Positions 60,927-64,000 of a stretch of 64,000 bases of DNA are shown in pieces (position 1 is the first letter of the stretch; every line of letters starts with the position of its first letter). The stretch comes from Escherichia coli (GTDB lineage: Bacteria > Pseudomonadota > Gammaproteobacteria > Enterobacterales > Enterobacteriaceae). The notes under the pieces were generated by a model. That model did no database searches, was not told the DNA's origin, and saw only the letters and a program-made list of their open reading frames with translations. Both the position numbers and the translations under genes were made by a program. Location of the stretch: assembly GCF_965641715.1 (NCBI RefSeq), contig NZ_OZ282453.1, one strand, 5' to 3'.

Positions 60927-62679
60927 CTGTCCCCTCGCCTTGATTAATCACAAATTCATTTTTATCGCCCGTTGTCAGCGCATCCGGCTCGATGTTCATG
61001 GTACGCAATACGCCGCCCATGATGGCACCAAAGACCGGCGCGGAAACGGCGCCGCCGTAGTATTTACCCGCCTGCGGATCGTTGATAACAACAACCAGCG
61101 CGAAGCGCGGCTGACTCGCAGGCGCAACGCCTGCGGTATAAGCAATATATTTATTGATGTAGCGACCGTCCGGCCCGACCTTTTTCGCGGTACCGGTTTT
61201 AATGGCGATACGATAGCCTTTAATCGCCGCCTTCACGCCGCCGCCGCCCGGTAGCGCCACGCTTTCCATCATATGCACCACGGTGCGGACAATGGATTCC
61301 GGGAAGACACGTTCACCGGGAACCGGGGGGTCAACTTTGGTAATCGACAGTGGGCGATAAATGCCGTAGCTGCCGATAGTTGCGTAGACTCGCGCTAACT
61401 GTAACGGTGTTACCATTAGCCCGTAGCCGAAAGAGAAGGTGGCCCTCTCTATGTCAGACCACCGTTGTTTTTGAGGATATAAGCCACTGCGTTCTCCGAC
61501 CAACCCCAAATTGGTCGCTTTTCCCAGTCCAAAACGTGAGTAAGTATCTACTAACGCTGAGGACGGCATCGCTAACGCCAGCTTGGAAACACCGACGTTA
61601 CTCGACTTCTGTAATACCCCGGTCAGGGTTAATTCGCTGTAGCGTGCCACATCTTTGATTTCGTGGCCGTTAATTCGATAAGGAACGGTATTGAGTACCG
61701 AGTTTTCCCGCACCACACCACGCTGCAACGCAGTCATCACCACCATCGGTTTAACCGTTGAGCCCGGTTCAAACACGTCGGTGATGGTACGGTTACGCAT
61801 CGCCTCTTTCGGCGTGCCACTCAGATTGTTAGGGTTGTATGATGGGCTGTTAGCCATCGCCAGCACTTCACCGGTGTTGACATCCACCAGCACGGCGCTA
61901 CCAGATTCAGCCTTGTTAAAGGCCACCGCATTGTTCAGTTCGCGATAAACCAGCGCCTGCAGGCGTTCATCAATACTCAGCGCCAGGTTGTGCGCAGCCT
62001 GGCTGTCAGTAGAAGAAATATCTTCAATTACGCGACCATAGCGGTCTTTACGCACAATGCGCTCACCCGGCTGCCCGGTAAGCCATTTATCGAAACTCTT
62101 CTCGACGCCCTCAATCCCCTGACTATCGACGTTAGTAAAGCCGATGAGGTGAGCAGTCACTTCGCCGGATGGATAATAACGTCGAGATTCTTCACGCAGA
62201 TGAATCCCCGGCAGTTTCAGTTTTTTGATGTAGTCCGCCATGTCAGGGTTTACCTGACGCGCCAGATAAATAAAGCGCCCTTTCGGGTTGGCGTTAATGC
62301 GGGCTGAAAGCTGATCCAGCGGAATATTGAGCGCGTTAGCCAGCGCCTTCCAGCGGTCACCGACGCTGATACCGCCAGCGTCATGCACTTCTTTCGGGTC
62401 AGCCCAAATCGCTTTTACCGGCACGCTCACCGCTAACGGGCGACCAGAACGGTCAGTAATCATGCCGCGGGAGGTGGAAACTTGCTGAACGCGAAGAGAA
62501 CGCATGTCGCCCTCTTTCACCAGCATATCCGGGGAGATAACTTGTAACCACGCTACGCGTCCGAGCAGAAAAGCCAGCGCCAGGAGAATACAGCCGCATA
62601 ACAACGCAAAACGCCAACTGATAAAGTTGGCATGTTCTTCCTGACGTTTTGGTTTCTGCGTTTTCGCCGCTGCTTTCAT
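60913..62679 (-). CDS. ftsI: Peptidoglycan D,D-transpeptidase FtsI (PBP3)
   Basis: 588 aa; penicillin-binding motifs STVK, SSN and KTG. Confidence 0.97.
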   Translation of the reverse strand: MKAAAKTQKPKRQEEHANFISWRFALLCGCILLALAFLLGRVAWLQVISPDMLVKEGDMRSLRVQQVSTSRGMITDRSGRPLAVSVPVKAIWADPKEVHDAGGISVGDRWKALANALNIPLDQLSARINANPKGRFIYLARQVNPDMADYIKKLKLPGIHLREESRRYYPSGEVTAHLIGFTNVDSQGIEGVEKSFDKWLTGQPGERIVRKDRYGRVIEDISSTDSQAAHNLALSIDERLQALVYRELNNAVAFNKAESGSAVLVDVNTGEVLAMANSPSYNPNNLSGTPKEAMRNRTITDVFEPGSTVKPMVVMTALQRGVVRENSVLNTVPYRINGHEIKDVARYSELTLTGVLQKSSNVGVSKLALAMPSSALVDTYSRFGLGKATNLGLVGERSGLYPQKQRWSDIERATFSFGYGLMVTPLQLARVYATIGSYGIYRPLSITKVDPPVPGERVFPESIVRTVVHMMESVALPGGGGVKAAIKGYRIAIKTGTAKKVGPDGRYINKYIAYTAGVAPASQPRFALVVVINDPQAGKYYGGAVSAPVFGAIMGGVLRTMNIEPDALTTGDKNEFVINQGEGTGGRS

Positions 62680-62694
62680 GCGTCGCGTTTATCC

Positions 62695-63060
62695 TTATTT
62701 TTGCACTACGATATTTTCTTGTGACGGATCAACATGCTGCATTTGCAGCTTTTCCGTGGCGATCCTTTCCACCCGGCTATGGTCGCCGAGCGCATTCTCT
62801 TCAAGGATCAGGTTGCGCCATTCAATGTCTAAAGCATCTCGCTCCAGCACCAGTTGTTCGCGCTGAGCGGTCAGTAAACGGGTATGGTGCGCCGTGGTTA
62901 CCACGGTCACCGCCGTCAAAATAATGCAAATGAACAGGCAGAGTGGCAGCTTCCCAAATCGCAAAAGATCGTCACCGATAACACCAGGCAATGCATGGCG
63001 CTCGTGGCTTCCCATCGATCCTTTAACTTTGCTTAGAGCTTCTGTCACTCTGCTGATCAT
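62695..63060 (-). CDS. ftsL: Cell division protein FtsL
   Basis: 121 aa; single transmembrane segment plus leucine-zipper-like region; overlaps the rsmH stop. Confidence 0.93.
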
Positions 63061-63998
63061 GCGTTCGTCCTCTCTGCAATACGCAGAACTGAACTACGGG
63101 CACGAGGGTTCTCAGCCACCTCTTCTTCGCCCGGCATTAACTTGCCTAGTGCTCGCAGCTGACGGCCACCCAGTTTTTTGAGCTGCTCTTCAGTCATCGG
63201 TAACCCTGCCGGAACTTGCGGACCGCGGCTGTTTTCACGCATAAAACGTTTCACAATACGGTCTTCCAGCGAGTGGAAGCTGATGATCGAAAGCCGCCCA
63301 CCCGGGGCCAGCACGTTGAGCGAGCTTTTTAGCGCCTGCTCTATCTCCTCCAGTTCACTGTTTACCCAAATGCGCACCGCCTGGAAGGTACGGGTCGCGG
63401 GATGTTTAAACTTATCTTTCACCGGCGTTGCAGCAGCCACGACTTCCGCCAGTTCTTTGGTGCGGGTCATCGGCTGTTCGCGGTTACGCTCGACAATGGC
63501 GCGGGCAATGCGTTTGGCAAAACGCTCTTCACCATAGGTTTTCAATACCCAGGCGATATCGGCTTCTTCTGCGGTTTGTAGCCATTCAGCGGCTGACTGC
63601 CCACGGGTTGGGTCCATACGCATGTCCAGCGGACCATCGCGCATAAAGGAAAAGCCGCGTTCAGCATCATCAAGTTGCGGTGAAGAGACACCAAGATCGA
63701 GGAGAATGCCGTTGATCTTGCCGATAAGATCGCGCTCGGCAACGTATTCGCCCAGCGCGGAAAAAGGTCCGTGGATGATGGAGAAGCGCGGATCATCAAT
63801 AGTCTTCGCAACGGCGATAGCCTGCGGGTCGCGATCGATCGCCAGCAAACGCCCCTCTTCGCCAAGCTGCGAGAGGATCAGACGTGAGTGACCACCGCGA
63901 CCAAAAGTCCCATCAATGTAGATGCCATCAGGACGGATATTGAGGCCATTAACGGCTTCATCCAGCAGCACCGTAGTATGTTTATAGTTTTCCATCAT
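63057..63998 (-). CDS. rsmH: 16S rRNA m4C1402 methyltransferase RsmH (MraW)
   Basis: 313 aa, [19 protein letters not shown]...; SAM-binding motif [11 protein letters not shown]; start 2 nt from the window end. Confidence 0.95.
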
Positions 63999-64000
63999 TT

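Overview
This window is an Escherichia coli-type chromosomal segment from the 2-3 minute region, read in reverse orientation relative to K-12 numbering. It runs from the yad fimbrial locus (yadC, 5' partial) through panBCD, yadEIHG, can, hpt, gcd, cueO, yacC, speED, yacL, acnB, yacH, lpdA-aceF-aceE-pdhR, aroP, ampED, nadC, ppdD-hofBC, guaC, coaE, zapD, yacG, mutT and secA-secM, into the complete dcw cell-division and cell-wall cluster (lpxC to rsmH). Almost all of it is conserved housekeeping sequence, recognised from protein motifs and synteny. No tRNA, rRNA, CRISPR, IS element or prophage was seen. Three spots are not explained by the K-12 layout as I remember it, and none amounts to an established new system: (1) about 0.65 kb between gcd and cueO carrying a signal-peptide protein of unknown function; (2) a translationally coupled sugar-symporter plus GH43-like hydrolase pair between aroP and ampE; (3) the rpnC (yadD) nuclease locus, with a Shine-Dalgarno-preceded internal in-frame start and a free-standing downstream duplicate of its C-terminal tail. 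All comparisons with K-12 are from memory and need alignment to confirm. Terminator and repeat coordinates were read by eye and are approximate.
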